Source of the DNA: Marsupella aquatica
Taxonomy: Eukaryota > Plantae > Marchantiophyta
Length of the DNA: 64,000 bases
Reading direction: 5' to 3'
Assembly: GCA_973895155.1 (NCBI GenBank)
Contig: OZ316892.1
Span: forward strand, 3,413,223-3,477,222
Below are positions 52,560 to 64,000 of this stretch, piece by piece. The stretch's first letter is position 1. Each line of letters opens with the position of its first letter. The notes beneath the pieces were generated by a model that had not been told where the DNA came from, searched no databases, and worked only from the letters and a program-made list of their open reading frames with translations. The translations under genes and the position numbers were made by a program.

Positions 52560-53150
52560 AGTACACAGAACTCATGACAGAACATAAACTACTATGTCCA
52601 TAATCCATGCCAGAACATAAACCCAAGTATGTTGATGACAGAACATAAACTACTATGCACATGTTGATGACAGAACATAAACTACTATGCACATGTTGAT
52701 GACAGAACATAAACTATGCTGTACATGTTGATGACAGAACATAAACTACGATGTTCATTTTGATGACAGAACATCAACTATGATGTACATGTTGATGACA
52801 GAACAAAAACCCAAGTATGTTGATGACAGAACATAAACTACGATGTACATGTTGATGACAGAACATCAACTACGATGTTCATTTTGATGACAGAACATCA
52901 ACTACATGATGTACATGTTGATGACAGAACAGAAACCCAAGTATGTTGATGACAGAACATAAACCCAAGTATGTTGATGATAGAACATAAACTACGATGT
53001 TCATTTTGATGACAGAACATCAACTACGATGTTCATTTTGATAACAAAACATCAACTACGATGTACATGTTGAACACAGAACATCAACTACAATGTACAT
53101 GTTGATGACAGAACATAAACTACGATGTACATGTTGATGACAGAACATAA
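52560..53150. repeat. Minisatellite, ~29-34-bp unit (atgacagaacataaactacgatgtacatgttg), roughly 18 copies
   Basis: Direct reading of tandem units. Confidence 0.95.
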
Positions 53151-53439
53151 ACCATTACTTGCACGCGGATGGAGATGTCGGTCGCATATCAGTGCATGTC
53201 AAAACGTAACTTAGGATACAGCTATTGTTCAAGATAGGTTGACTTTATTATTGGTCTTGGCATGACAAGTGCGTCGGCAAACACACAATTTAGGCTACCA
53301 TTCATAACCCATAGCATAAAAAGGGTGAAACACCATTGTGTCAAACTGTGGGAGGGGACAATTAACCATTACACCATTATATGGAAAATTCATTGTATTG
53401 AGAGTTGCCAACAGGCAGTTCACTTTACATAGGAAACGC

Positions 53440-53678
53440 TTACACAAAGGCTACCTTGGACACAGGATCACATTTCAGGAGAGGGAACTTGCAAACGTCA
53501 TCTAGAGGCCCAATGCTTGGACAAGTCTGTCCCGAGGCTTTCTGAATTTGAAGATTGTTGAGGGTATGGGAATTTGCAAGTAGGCAGTCGACATGCCTTG
53601 GTAGAATTGGGATGCCATTCGGGCCCACCCGGCCATGGATGATCTGCATGAATAGGTCGAAAAGGCACAACAATTTTC
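53440..53678 (-). other. Putative last exon of a second, convergent MULE gene
   Basis: Minus-strand acceptor ggtttatgttttgtggcgtag| followed by GC-richer open sequence. The upstream intron is cut by the CACTA. The reading frame is undetermined. Confidence 0.35.
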
Positions 53679-54143
53679 CTACGCCACAAAACATAAACCA
53701 TTACACATACGGCTAGGACATATGCAAAACATGAATCAAGTGTTGAGCAGATTGCACTAGAAGAAAATAGGGCCCTTTATGACCAATCACCCAATGACAG
53801 AGATGAATAAATGACCAAAATTTCTAATGACACAAAAAGAATGACAGGGGAATGACTGTCCACAATGACCAATAGACTGAAATGACAAAATGTTAACTTT
53901 TGCGTCATTTTGTATAATGTCTGTAATGACTAATGCGACCAAAATGACCCAATTTTCCTAAATGGTCAATTTAGACACGTGTCTTAAATGACGCAAATAA
54001 TAACAACAATGATAAATCAATGTTTAGCAACATTATAGTCACTCTAGACAATGATAGAAATGACCAAAAATCTATTTAGGTCATTTTGGACAACGGTGAT
54101 AAATGACAAAAAATGTATTACCGTCATTTTAACCAACGGTGTT

Positions 54144-54662
54144 AAATGACAAAATATAGGGTCAATCTGAAAATGAGAATATATCAGTGTTTACAACAAC
54201 ATATTGTCATTATGGACTCCTCGCATAAATGACTAACTCTAGGGTCAATTTTGAAATTAGGACATATCAGTGTTTACAAGAATATACCGTCATTATGGAC
54301 TTCTCTCATAAATGACTAACTCTAGGGTCAATCTTGAAATTAGGACATATCAGTGTTTACAAGAATATACCGTCATTATGGACTTCTCTCATAAATGACT
54401 AACTCTAGGGTCAATCTTGAAATTAGGACATATCAGTGTTTACAAGAACATACTGTCATTATGGACTTCTCTCATAAATGACTAATTCCAGAGTCATTCT
54501 TGAAATTAGGATATATCGGTGTTTACAACAACATACTGTCATTATGGACTTGTCGCATAAATGACTAAATATAGGGTCAATCTAAAAATTACGATATTCA
54601 ATGTTTACAATAACATACAGTCATTATGGACTTATTGCATAAATGACTATTTATAGAGTCAT
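54144..54662. repeat. 83-bp tandem repeat x ~6 inside the CACTA
   Basis: tagggtcaat-type unit starts at 54157, 54240, 54323, 54406, 54489 and 54572. Confidence 0.93.
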
Positions 54663-54751
54663 TAAAGAACCCAAGAGATATGAAAATTAAAATGCTCAAT
54701 AGTCATTCCAGACACCGGTCATAATTGTAGAGTCATTGATATGGTTGATAA

Positions 54752-56950
54752 CCCTTCCACTAAGTGCGGGACACAATACTCATCATTGTCCTCCCACTAG
54801 TTGCGGCATTAGCAATTTGAACACATGTCTTGCATTTACTTTAGGCATGATGCACCTAGCTTTGGGGAAATCACTCCCAGGTCTAACACCTTTGGAGTGA
54901 TTTTCCAGAACTGTCACCATATATAGATGCGTGCATACTATCGTATCCAAAGGCAAATGAAACTTTTTTGTCTCTCCAAGAAGTAGGGCAATACCAATGG
55001 AAGGTTGTCATCCTTTGTTGTAATTGTGTCATGTTTGTGCCTTTGTTTGGATGGCGGATATTCTATTTTGCAAATGAATAGTGACGGGGCAATGAAGGAT
55101 GTAGTGTAATCTTTATTGGGTCATTTTTAGACAAATTTGTGTCATAATGCCAATGACTACAAGTAGAGTCATTAAACTGTCATATGGTATGTCATATGAG
55201 TCAAGTGACGAGACTTGTGGTCATTTGTGTGGTCCCTCATGCAGTCATTAAACACAAGCACAAATGACCAGTTTGGGGCTAGGGGCTTGAGGTGGGCCCT
55301 AGAGTGCCATGGGGCCCCACATAGAGGTGAGAACCCCTCCATTGGGTGCGGGACACTATACTCATCATTGTCCAACCACTAGTTGCGACATAAACACTTT
55401 GGACACATGTTTTTGCGTTTACTTGACCTCGGCATGATGCACCTTTGGGGAAATCACTCCCAAGTCGTACGACTTTGGAGTGATTTGCCAAAAGTGCAAC
55501 CATGGATGTATACCATCCCATCCAAAGGCAAATAAAAGTTGTTTTTGGGTTCTCCAAGAGGTAGTGATGCACCAATGGAATGGGCAGGGGAGTCGTGCTT
55601 CCTGGTATGGTGTGGGTGCGGGTTTAGAGAAGAGGAATATTCAGACCTTCCAAGGAATCTAAAGCGGGCTCTCTTTGGAGGTACTATGGCCCCCATTGGG
55701 TCATTTTTGTGCAAAGTTGTGTCATAAGTTTAGGGACTACAAATAGGGTCATTGAAATTGTCATATAGGATGTCATATAAGTCAAATGACTGGACTTGTT
55801 GTCATTTGAAGGGTCCCTAGTGCAGTCATTGAAGACAAGCCTAATGACCAATGTGGGGCTAAGGGCTGGAGGTCGGCGCTAGAGTGCCATGTAGCCCCAC
55901 ATAGAGCTTGCAACCCCTCCACTATGTGCCAAATACTATATTTATGATTATTCCAACCACTAGTTGCATCATTAGCACTTTGGTCTCATTTCTGTGTTTA
56001 CTTAAGGTATGATACAATCTTGGGGAAATCACTCCCAAGTCATACGACTTTGGAGTAATTTGCCAAAAGTGTCACCATTGATGCATACCATCCTATCCAA
56101 AGGGAAATGAAGCCATTTTTTGTTTCTGCACAAAGTAGCGCAACACCAATGGAAGACTATCATCCTTCCATGTAATTGTGTCATGTTTGTGCCTTTGTTT
56201 GGATGGGGAATATTCTATTTTGCAAATGAATAGTGACGGGGCAATGAAGGATGTAGTGTAATCTTTATTGGGTCATTTTTAGACAAATTTGTGTCATAAT
56301 GCCAATGACTACAAGTAGAGTCATTAATACTGTCATATGGTATGTCATATAAGTCAAGTGACTAGACTTGTGGTCATTTGTGTGGTCCCCCATGCAGTCA
56401 TTAACAGAAGCACAAATGACCAATTTGGGGCTAGGGGCTGAAGGTGGGCCCTAGAGTGCCATGTGGCCCCACATAGAGGTGAGAAACTCTCCACTAGGTG
56501 CGGGACACTATACTCATCATTGTCCAACCACTAGTTGCGACATAAACACTTTGGACACATGTTTTTGCATTTACTTAATGCATGATGCACCCTTGGAGAA
56601 ATCACTCCCAAGTCATACGACTTTGGAGTGATTTGCCAAAAGTGTCACCATGGATGCATACCACCATATCCAAACGCAAATGGAGCCATTTTTTTGTCTC
56701 TCCAAGAAGTAGCGCAACACCAATGGAAGGTTGTCATCTTGTGATGTAATTGTGTCATGTTTGTGCCGGTATTTGGATGGGGAATACTCCATTTTGCATA
56801 TGAATAGTGTCGGGGCATTGTGAGTAGGTGTTGTAATCTTCATTGGGTCATTTTGGAGGAATAGTGTGTCATTAATGCCAAAGACTGCAGTAAGGGTCAT
56901 TTTGGTAGTCATATTGGAGGTCATTTGGAGCAATTGACTGCATATGTGGT
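54752..56950. repeat. ~580-bp tandem repeat x ~3.8 inside the CACTA
   Basis: ccact..gtgcgggacactatactcatcattgtccaaccactagttgc recurs at ~54757, ~55339, ~55919 and ~56491. Confidence 0.9.
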
Positions 56951-57568
56951 CATTAATGAAAACACCTCAAATTAGGGTAATCTTGGTTGTCATACTAGAA
57001 GTCAGAAGTACCAAATGACTGGAAATGTGGTCTTTACAAAGGCTATTGGGGGGTTCTCTTTGGAGGTACAAGGGAGTTCATTGGGTCATTTGTGAATTAA
57101 ATGGTGCTTCAATCTGAGGACTAAACATGGGGTCACTCACGCTGTCAAATTGGAAGCCATTAATGTTTGCATATTGGAGGTCATATAGTCATGGGAAGGC
57201 TCACTTGTTAATGCTTTGGTGTAATACTCTCAAAAACTCTTAGACAACATAGCCTCATATGTAGTGGTCATGTAGCATGTAAGGGGCCCGGGAAGTGGGC
57301 CCTAGACGAGGGTGCTGGCAAGGGCATGTACAAAAGTACACTAATGTAATCCACAACACCCTCACCTCCCATGAAGGATTAATTTGTTTAAATGGTGGTC
57401 AGGTTATGGGTTTAGGGTCAATGTGATTTTGAGCCATAACTCTAGAGCACCAAGTTAGAAAACCAAGGTTTTCCCTTGGTCCAAAAGGACCTTTTATATC
57501 GCGGGCATGATTTTTTATATATAACATTGGTCCTTAACATTCTTGTTGGCACCTACACAAACAGCCAT

Positions 57569-57760
57569 GACCTTATGGGGGGGTTGCGACATTATAAGTT
57601 ATTAACCTTGCCTTCCCTACTTAGGGCCTTATGGGGGCGTCCGGACCTTGTTATTACCCTATATAGTCGGTATTTCCCTAGGGCCTTATGGGGGCGGGGG
57701 GGGGTGGTTTACATTGTTATTAACCTAGTCTCAACTTCCCTAGGGCCTTATGGGGGGTCC
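57569..57760. repeat. Four spaced (taggg)ccttatggggg motifs upstream of the presumed CACTA transcription unit
   Basis: Occurrences at ~57571, ~57627, ~57684 and ~57745. Confidence 0.75.
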
Positions 57761-60700
57761 AGACATATGAGAGATTGTCATGTCAGAACCTAAATCATGA
57801 CCCACGTACAATATCCACCATCCCCATCTGGAGAAATACCTTACTTTTACGGGGTTTAGGCGTCCAACATTAGGTTTTTCCTCCTCAAGTGTTCTCGCGT
57901 ACCAACAGGAGCCCTTTTTCCTGAAAAAACATCGACGGAGAGGGCATGCTCGATGTGCTCTTTTCTTGGCATGCCTTGTGTGCACATTGCAAGGGCTTAG
58001 GATTGCGCAACTTTGTGCATTGCCTCCACCAAGCTTTGACACTCTTCCAAACACATTTGCCCCGGGAGCATAGGTTGGAGTTGCGGGAGGAGAGGAGCTA
58101 CGACACTCTTCCGAGCACATTTGCCCCGGGAGCACAGGGTGGAGTTGCAAGAGGGGAGGAGCTGCAACACAGTTCTTCCGCGCACAGGTTGGAGTTGCCC
58201 CAGGAGCACAAGTTGGAGTTGCGGGAGGGGAGGAGTTGCATGAGGTTGGAGGTGCGGAAGGGAAGAGCTGCGGAAGGGAAGAGCCGGACACAATCAGAAA
58301 GAGTTGAGCGACAAGCTGCGGGTCACGAGCTGCTAGTGAGGAGCTACAATCGGCAACAAGCTGCGCAAGGTGGATGCAGAAGGCATTTGCGCGCTGGGGC
58401 CCCGATCATCATAGAAGGCGATTGCTATGGAAGCTCGTGGAGGCAGTGAAAGCAGGGAGGAAATCATTCTTGCTGCGGAAGGTCGACGATAGCTTCTTGA
58501 AGAGGTTGTGGAGTTTGCGGAAGGGAGCCGGTTGTTTGTTTGGTCTCAACATTCATTTCTTTAAGTGGGTGCGAGCTGCTTGCGGAAGGGGAGAGGTGAC
58601 CTGATTGCGGACGGGGAGAAGGCAAGCTGCTTGCGGAAGGGGAGAGGTCGAGCAGCTGCTTGCAAAAGGGGAGAGGGCGACTCATTGCGGAAGCTGAGAG
58701 TGCAAGCTACTTGCAGAAGGCAACAGAGCACAAGCTGCTACCTGCAAGTTGAGGCCTGCTAGCTTCCGCCTCAAAGGTATGACCTTATTCCCATTGGCGC
58801 CCATGCTGTGATTTGCCTGGTTGCTCTCTGCTCTCCACTTCCGGCTCCACCCCAGCCTGGGACCTGCAATGTGCTGTGTTGGGACCTGTGTTGCTGTGTG
58901 CCAGAGCTCTTTGCTTATGTTTTTTCTCTATCTATCCCTCTCCATTCGCTGTACATGTTCTCTGATCTTCAATTCTATTGCCATTTGCTACATGTTCTTT
59001 GAGTTTGCTGAGTTTTGTTGTCCACCTTCTCGCCCTCTGTAGCCTTTTGCATCACAAGTGCCTGCATTTCCTTCCCTGTCCCATGCTAGCTCCACTGCGA
59101 CCTTCCATTGCTATCTATGCTGATTCCTTCCACTGCTACAAAATTCTGCTTTGCAATGGCATCGCAATGCTCATATGTCCCAGTAAAATTTGGGTAGACA
59201 TAAGTATTAGGCGCGAAGTCTTCTCTCTCTGCCTGCCCAATCTGAATCAAGTGCCCGAGTTCTGACCGAGTTGTCCTCTGTCTGTCTGCTGTTGATTTCT
59301 GATTGCTACTTGTCGGATTTGTCTGCTATTTTCAGTTCAGTTTGTTGTCTTGTTGTCGTCTGGCAATTATTGCCAATTATTCTGACTGCGTGAAAGGCTG
59401 TTCTATTTAGTGTTGCCTAATTGAACATAAAAATATGCTATTAAGTTGATTGAGTTAGGCAAATCAGGATCCCGTACCCTTGTGTTCAAAATTCTATATC
59501 TGGCAGTGTTTGCTGTGTTTGTTGTGCTCAAACAAACAAACATTCTATTGGCAGTGTCAACCTAGAAAGATAACCTGATGTATCGCCAACCTTTTCAGTG
59601 TGCTGCCAAAGTCCCTGTAGATGCCACTCCTTCTCTGTTTTGAATGAGTAAACTCCTTTCCTCCATATTGAAATGTCATCCTGGACCTAAGCTACGAGGA
59701 ACTGCGAGGTGACTCGTGACAATCTTTGTGGTGCAAGGTGAGCTTGATCTCTTATTATTACAATGTAGTCCTTAGTTTTCCATTGTATGATATTTTCCTT
59801 AGTCTGTCAGTGTTCCTCAATGAATTGGTTTCCTTACTCTTCTTTTGACATCCCTCTGTATCATAGCCCTTTTCTTTTCTCTTTTTCTTACTGAAGAGAA
59901 GTGCAGGCATGTATGGTGAATCCTCACTGGATTCCAGCAGCGACTCTGTAGAATTCTGTCGCCAACAAGTTTCAGAGTTTTGTGTGTGGTTTGCCAACTG
60001 CTGTGCCACCTGAGAGAATTCCTCAGTGGCTTTGTACAAGCCTTGCTATTCAACTATGGTACTTTACAGCTAACTGTCTGACGTTCACACAACATCCATA
60101 CACAGCAATGAATACAACTCCATGAATACAGCCACATGATTTCCTTTGGTCTGCAAATTGGACGAAACTAAACTAAAATCAGCTTGGTCAATTTTAAATT
60201 CTTCGTAAGGGTCTCTAATAGCAGCCTGGTATAGTCATCTGTGCACGAAGATAGAGTACGGTGTAGCTTTTGAAAAAGTGGGTGGACCAGCAGCTTGTTG
60301 AGAGTAAAGCAACTTATGGTTCTGTAACAGATGTGTGCAGCAGCTTAAGATGTAGAAGGCACGCAATAAAACTTGATTTTTACAGATTTAAAAAAGGGCA
60401 GGGTGAGTGAGCACTGCATGTTGAACTCACAGGTCCAAATCTTGATTTGATTTTGCTGCTAAAATTCGTATCTCTTGCCTGAGTCCCAGTTTGCTGGAGT
60501 TTTGTTGCTCTCTGTGCTTTGTTGTGTTTGCTCTGTCCATTTTAAAACTTGAGAGCCAAATGAATGCTTTGCTGAAACTCAAGTGCTATTTGTTCTGTGT
60601 TGCCCTTACAGATTTTAAAAAGGCAGGGTGAGTTCGCACTGCTGTACAGCAAACGAAGGCATACAGGTTGCAATATTTGTGATTGCTTCCAATCATAGGC

Positions 60701-60882
60701 CAAGGTTATTTGCCCTGCTCAGTCCTAAATGCTTTGCCATGATCTATAAAGCATTGGTTTGTGCTGCACCCTTGTGGTTACATGTCATATTTTATGTTGC
60801 ACCCTCATTCTTTTGTGTCATGCTGCACCCTGTTATTCCTTCTTGTTTCACAATCTGATGTAGGGTCTGAGTGTGCAGGACC

Positions 60883-61542
60883 ATGGCTCGCAATAAGCAG
60901 AAGGCCATGAATCGTTGCAGAGGTGAATCCTCTCAAGCACCTCAATTGTCCTTATATTCAGACATTGAGATTAACCAGAATAGTCCACATGTATGTGCGA
61001 TTTGTGATGAGGGAGGGGATCTCATTGTTTGTGATGGGCCTTGCCACTGACATTTCCATAAGAATGTTTCCTGTCCTTTGGGTCAGCAATGGCTATGCCC
61101 AACTATATCCCTAGCTGATGGCCATGTTGGAGAATGGCTTTGTGTTGATTGCAAGAATGAGGAACATTCTTGCTTTAAGTGCCATGTGTCTGGAAAAATT
61201 GGTGAAGAGGTAAGAAAATGTCCAGACCCTCTCTGTGCCCGGTTTTACTGTCGGCAGTGTTTGGTTCCTGGCACAACATCATGTGGACTCCATATTTGTC
61301 TTACTTGTGGACAGGGGCCCAATGATGGGGCTAATGGCTTTTTGGTTCAGTGCATGAGGTGTCCTAAGGCATGGCACAAGGACTGCCTGCTGTTTATCCA
61401 GCAGAGGGGATTTGCCCATGATCGAACAATTTGGGATCACTCAGCGCATGGGCAGCCCAAGAAGGGGATGTTTTACTGTCCTGACCATGACATTGACCCT
61501 ACACTAGGCACTCCTGCTAGGAGCCACATATCTTGGATTTGA
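60883..61542 (+). pseudogene. EDM2-like composite PHD-finger protein (219 codons, one in-frame TGA at 61048), inside the CACTA
   Basis: The ATG at 60883 is in frame with the 154-aa track ORF: VCAICDEGGDLIVCDGPCH*HFH...WLCVDCKNEEHSCFKC...KCPDPLCARFYCRQC...CGLHICLTC...VQCMRCPKAWHKDCL...IWD...FYCPDHDIDPTLGTPARSHISWI. The Cys/His spacing and the C-terminal YCxxHxIDxxLxTPxRxH match my recollection of the plant EDM2 PHD region. Confidence 0.82.
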
Positions 61543-62142
61543 TTGAGGCTGGATGGAACACAAACTTGAGATAGAGCTTTTTGATGGTTTCACGTGGACT
61601 TAAACAATTTTCATAGTGCTAAAACATGTGGACTATTTATATGCAGTTTGATGAACTCCTCATGTATACACACTCTACGACAGTGCATTGCGGATTGAGG
61701 CAATTAATTTTGAGAAATCAACTTTATTATCTTTTCCAGGGTAGGATTTTGATTTTCAAGCATGTGCTTTGAGTGTGACTTTCCTCCATATTGATGTCTA
61801 AACTTCACTTGTAAATTTGTCACTGGTGTCACAAATGTTACTTATTCCAGACCTGTCTGCTCACATTCCTAATAGGCAAACAAATACTGGAAATGATGAA
61901 GGCACAGAGATTTACGTTCATAGTATCATTCTGATGACACTGTATGTGATGCTCTATTTGTATGCAAGAAGGAGAAGGTGCCCCACTACAGTGGATTTGA
62001 GAAACTGGGCTCTGTGGGTTTGAGCAATTGGACTGTGGTTGGCATCGGTTGTACAACTGTGACGGTAGGCCCAATTTTGTATGCATGTCACACTGATTCA
62101 GTTTGAAAATCATAGTTTGAATACAATTTCAATCAAGCTAGC

Positions 62143-64000
62143 ATGGCACAATTGCCACAGAATACGTTAGGTGTGGGTAGAACTCCAAAGTTGCCGCTCT
62201 TCCATCCAGCTAGAGTACAACATCGTGATGATGCTTTGTGGGTTCGAGAACAGAAGGCCTGCCACAAGAGTGGGGACCATAAGATGTACTGCCCTTGTGT
62301 GAACTGCAAAGGGAATTATAGGACTAATCGAAATACTGCTAGACTGCACCTTATTAAACATGGTCGGTACCCTGCATGTCGAGTGTGGGTGGGAGAGGGA
62401 CAGGACTCTTCTGATGAAGAGTGGGGTGCTGACTACATGTCACAACATGGCCCAGAGGCACCCTGAGGCACCCTGAGGCACCCTGAGGCAACCTGTGCAC
62501 AACAACCAACTGTAGATGTTGAAGAACATTTATTTGTAGACGTTCCAGAGTATCCAACTGTGGATGTTCCAGAGTATCCAACTGTGGATGTTGAAGAACA
62601 TCCAACTATAGATGTTGAAGAACATATCAGGGCTCTACTAGAAGAAACGTTGCTGAGAACCAGTGAAGAATCCCCTGAACATGAACTAGATGATCAGGAC
62701 CGTTTTGACTTGGATTTTGTACTTGGGGATGATGAGAGTGAAGGAGGTGCCCATCCTGTAAACCCCCTTGAAACCTCTGAAACTCCTGTGGAGACTGATC
62801 CTGCACAGTTATCTTTAGATGCAGCAATGCAACCTTTGTTCCCAGGCAGCAAAATAGATGTTGTGTCATTCATGTTGCTTCTGCTGAACATCTGTCATGG
62901 CCATGGATTCTCAAACAAAGGAGTGAATGCATTGTTGTCTTTGATGGGGGAGCATGGTATGCCTGCAGAGCATAATCTGCCCAAGAACTTATATGCTGCA
63001 AAGCAGCTATTGAGAAAGCTTGGCTTGGATTATGAGAGAATCCCTATCTGTGAGAAAGGTTGCATGCTCTTTAGGGGTGAGAATGCCAAGTTAGAAAACT
63101 GTTCAGTGTGTCAGCAGCCCAAGATGAAGAGAGTGGGGAATTCATTACAGGCAAGGAAGGTGGTGCGGTATTTCCCTATAATTCCCAGGTTGAAGAGATT
63201 GTATGCCACTGCTGGTACATCTAAACTCATGACTTGGCATCATGAGAATAGAAGCACAGACAACATGGTTTGGCACGCAGCAGATTCGAAGGCTTGGAAG
63301 CATGTGGATACAAATATTGATAGGAAATTTGCAGCTGAACCAAGGAATGTGCGATTTGGGTTGGCACTTGATGGGGTGAATCCCTTTGGGAATAATTCCA
63401 CAGCTTGGTCTACCTGGCCAATACTGTTGTTGAATTACAATTTACCTCCTTGGCTTACCACCAAGAAGTTCTTTGTCATGCTAGCTATGCTGATTCCAGG
63501 ACCTGGTTCAGTAACAGAAGAACAGTTGGACATAATATTGGGCCCATTCTATGAGGAGCTGGAGCTGTTGTGGAAGAAAGGAGTGCCTTGCTTTGACAAA
63601 TTGCCACGCCCAGGATTGTCTCAACACTTCAACCTTAGGGCTGTGCTATTGTGGACAATCAATGATTACCCTGCATATGGTTTAATATCTGGACAACAAC
63701 ACTCTGGATACAAAGGATGTGTCATCTGTGGGCCAAAATGTGTGGCACGTGGTTCTAAGCACTTGCAGAAATTAGAGTACAGTGGCCACCGTCGATGGTT
63801 AGCAGCAAGGCATCTTTTTCGTAGACCAGACAGTGCACAATACTTTGATGGTGCAATTGAGAGTCGACCTGCACCGTGTAGAATGACAAGCTCTGATAGA
63901 AAGAAGTGGGGAGACGAGACAACAAAATATTTGAAGAAGGGAGGAACCAAGGTTGAGGATGAGAAATGCCCCATAAAGGTGCATGGAGTGAAGAGGGCTA
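62143..64000 (+). CDS. CACTA TnpD/Tnp2 transposase (Transposase_21 family), runs off the window; one in-frame TGA at 62464
   Basis: N-terminal YCPCVNCK...HLIKHG (transposase-associated domain), then in the same frame LGLDYERIPICEKGCMLF, RYFPIIPRLKRLY, HAADSKAWKHVD, EPRNVRFGLALDGVNPF, STWPILLLNYNLPPW and LWTINDYPAYG. Confidence 0.95.

Larger units (their letters stand above)
48069..53754 (+). mobile_element. Mutator-like element (MULE), interrupted at 53755 by a CACTA; left boundary approximate
   Basis: GC/CpG-rich leader from ~48070, then the transposase gene. The element-specific motif persists up to the CACTA end. The other terminus is not in the window. Confidence 0.65.
53755..64000 (+). 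mobile_element. CACTA (En/Spm) DNA transposon, left part
   Basis: Terminus CACTAGAAGAAAA at 53755, preceded by ttg (predicted 3-bp TSD). Dense subterminal aatgac/gtcatt motifs, internal tandem arrays and a Tnp2/TnpD transposase follow. Confidence 0.9.

Noticed and set aside
52560-53150. CRISPR-like look of regularly spaced atgacagaacat repeats
   Set aside because: The intervening sequences are themselves repeated variants, not unique spacers. There are no cas genes and the context is a eukaryotic transposon.
57740-58762. Overlapping 60-183-aa ORFs
   Set aside because: They arise from G-rich ggagttgcgg/gctgcggaaggg repeats in the presumed CACTA leader and show no domain signal.

Overview
Repeat-rich land-plant nuclear DNA; the species cannot be determined from the sequence. 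There are no rRNA, tRNA or CRISPR features. From left to right: a decayed NB-ARC (probably TIR-type NLR) remnant (~3.3-4.5 kb); a probable two-exon orphan gene (12.75-14.06 kb); and a triple nest of a Mutator-like TIR element > a 3'-truncated Ty1/copia > a MITE (23.6-29.0 kb). Next is a local duplication carrying an intronless gene with two tandem TALE-type homeodomains. Copy 1 is intact and has two head-to-head Helitrons upstream; copy 2 is 5'-disrupted and retains both empty Helitron sites. Then comes a decayed MULE/SWIM transposase element whose introns and intergenic region are filled with one oriented ~13-bp motif. A CACTA element starts at 53755 and runs off the window. It carries an EDM2-like composite PHD-finger ORF directly upstream of its TnpD transposase. 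The best candidates for something undescribed are (1) the CACTA-borne EDM2-like chromatin reader, (2) the double-TALE, possibly KNOX-derived gene and (3) the VANDAL/VANC-like motif system in the MULE. All family assignments come from motifs recognised by eye; no searches were run.
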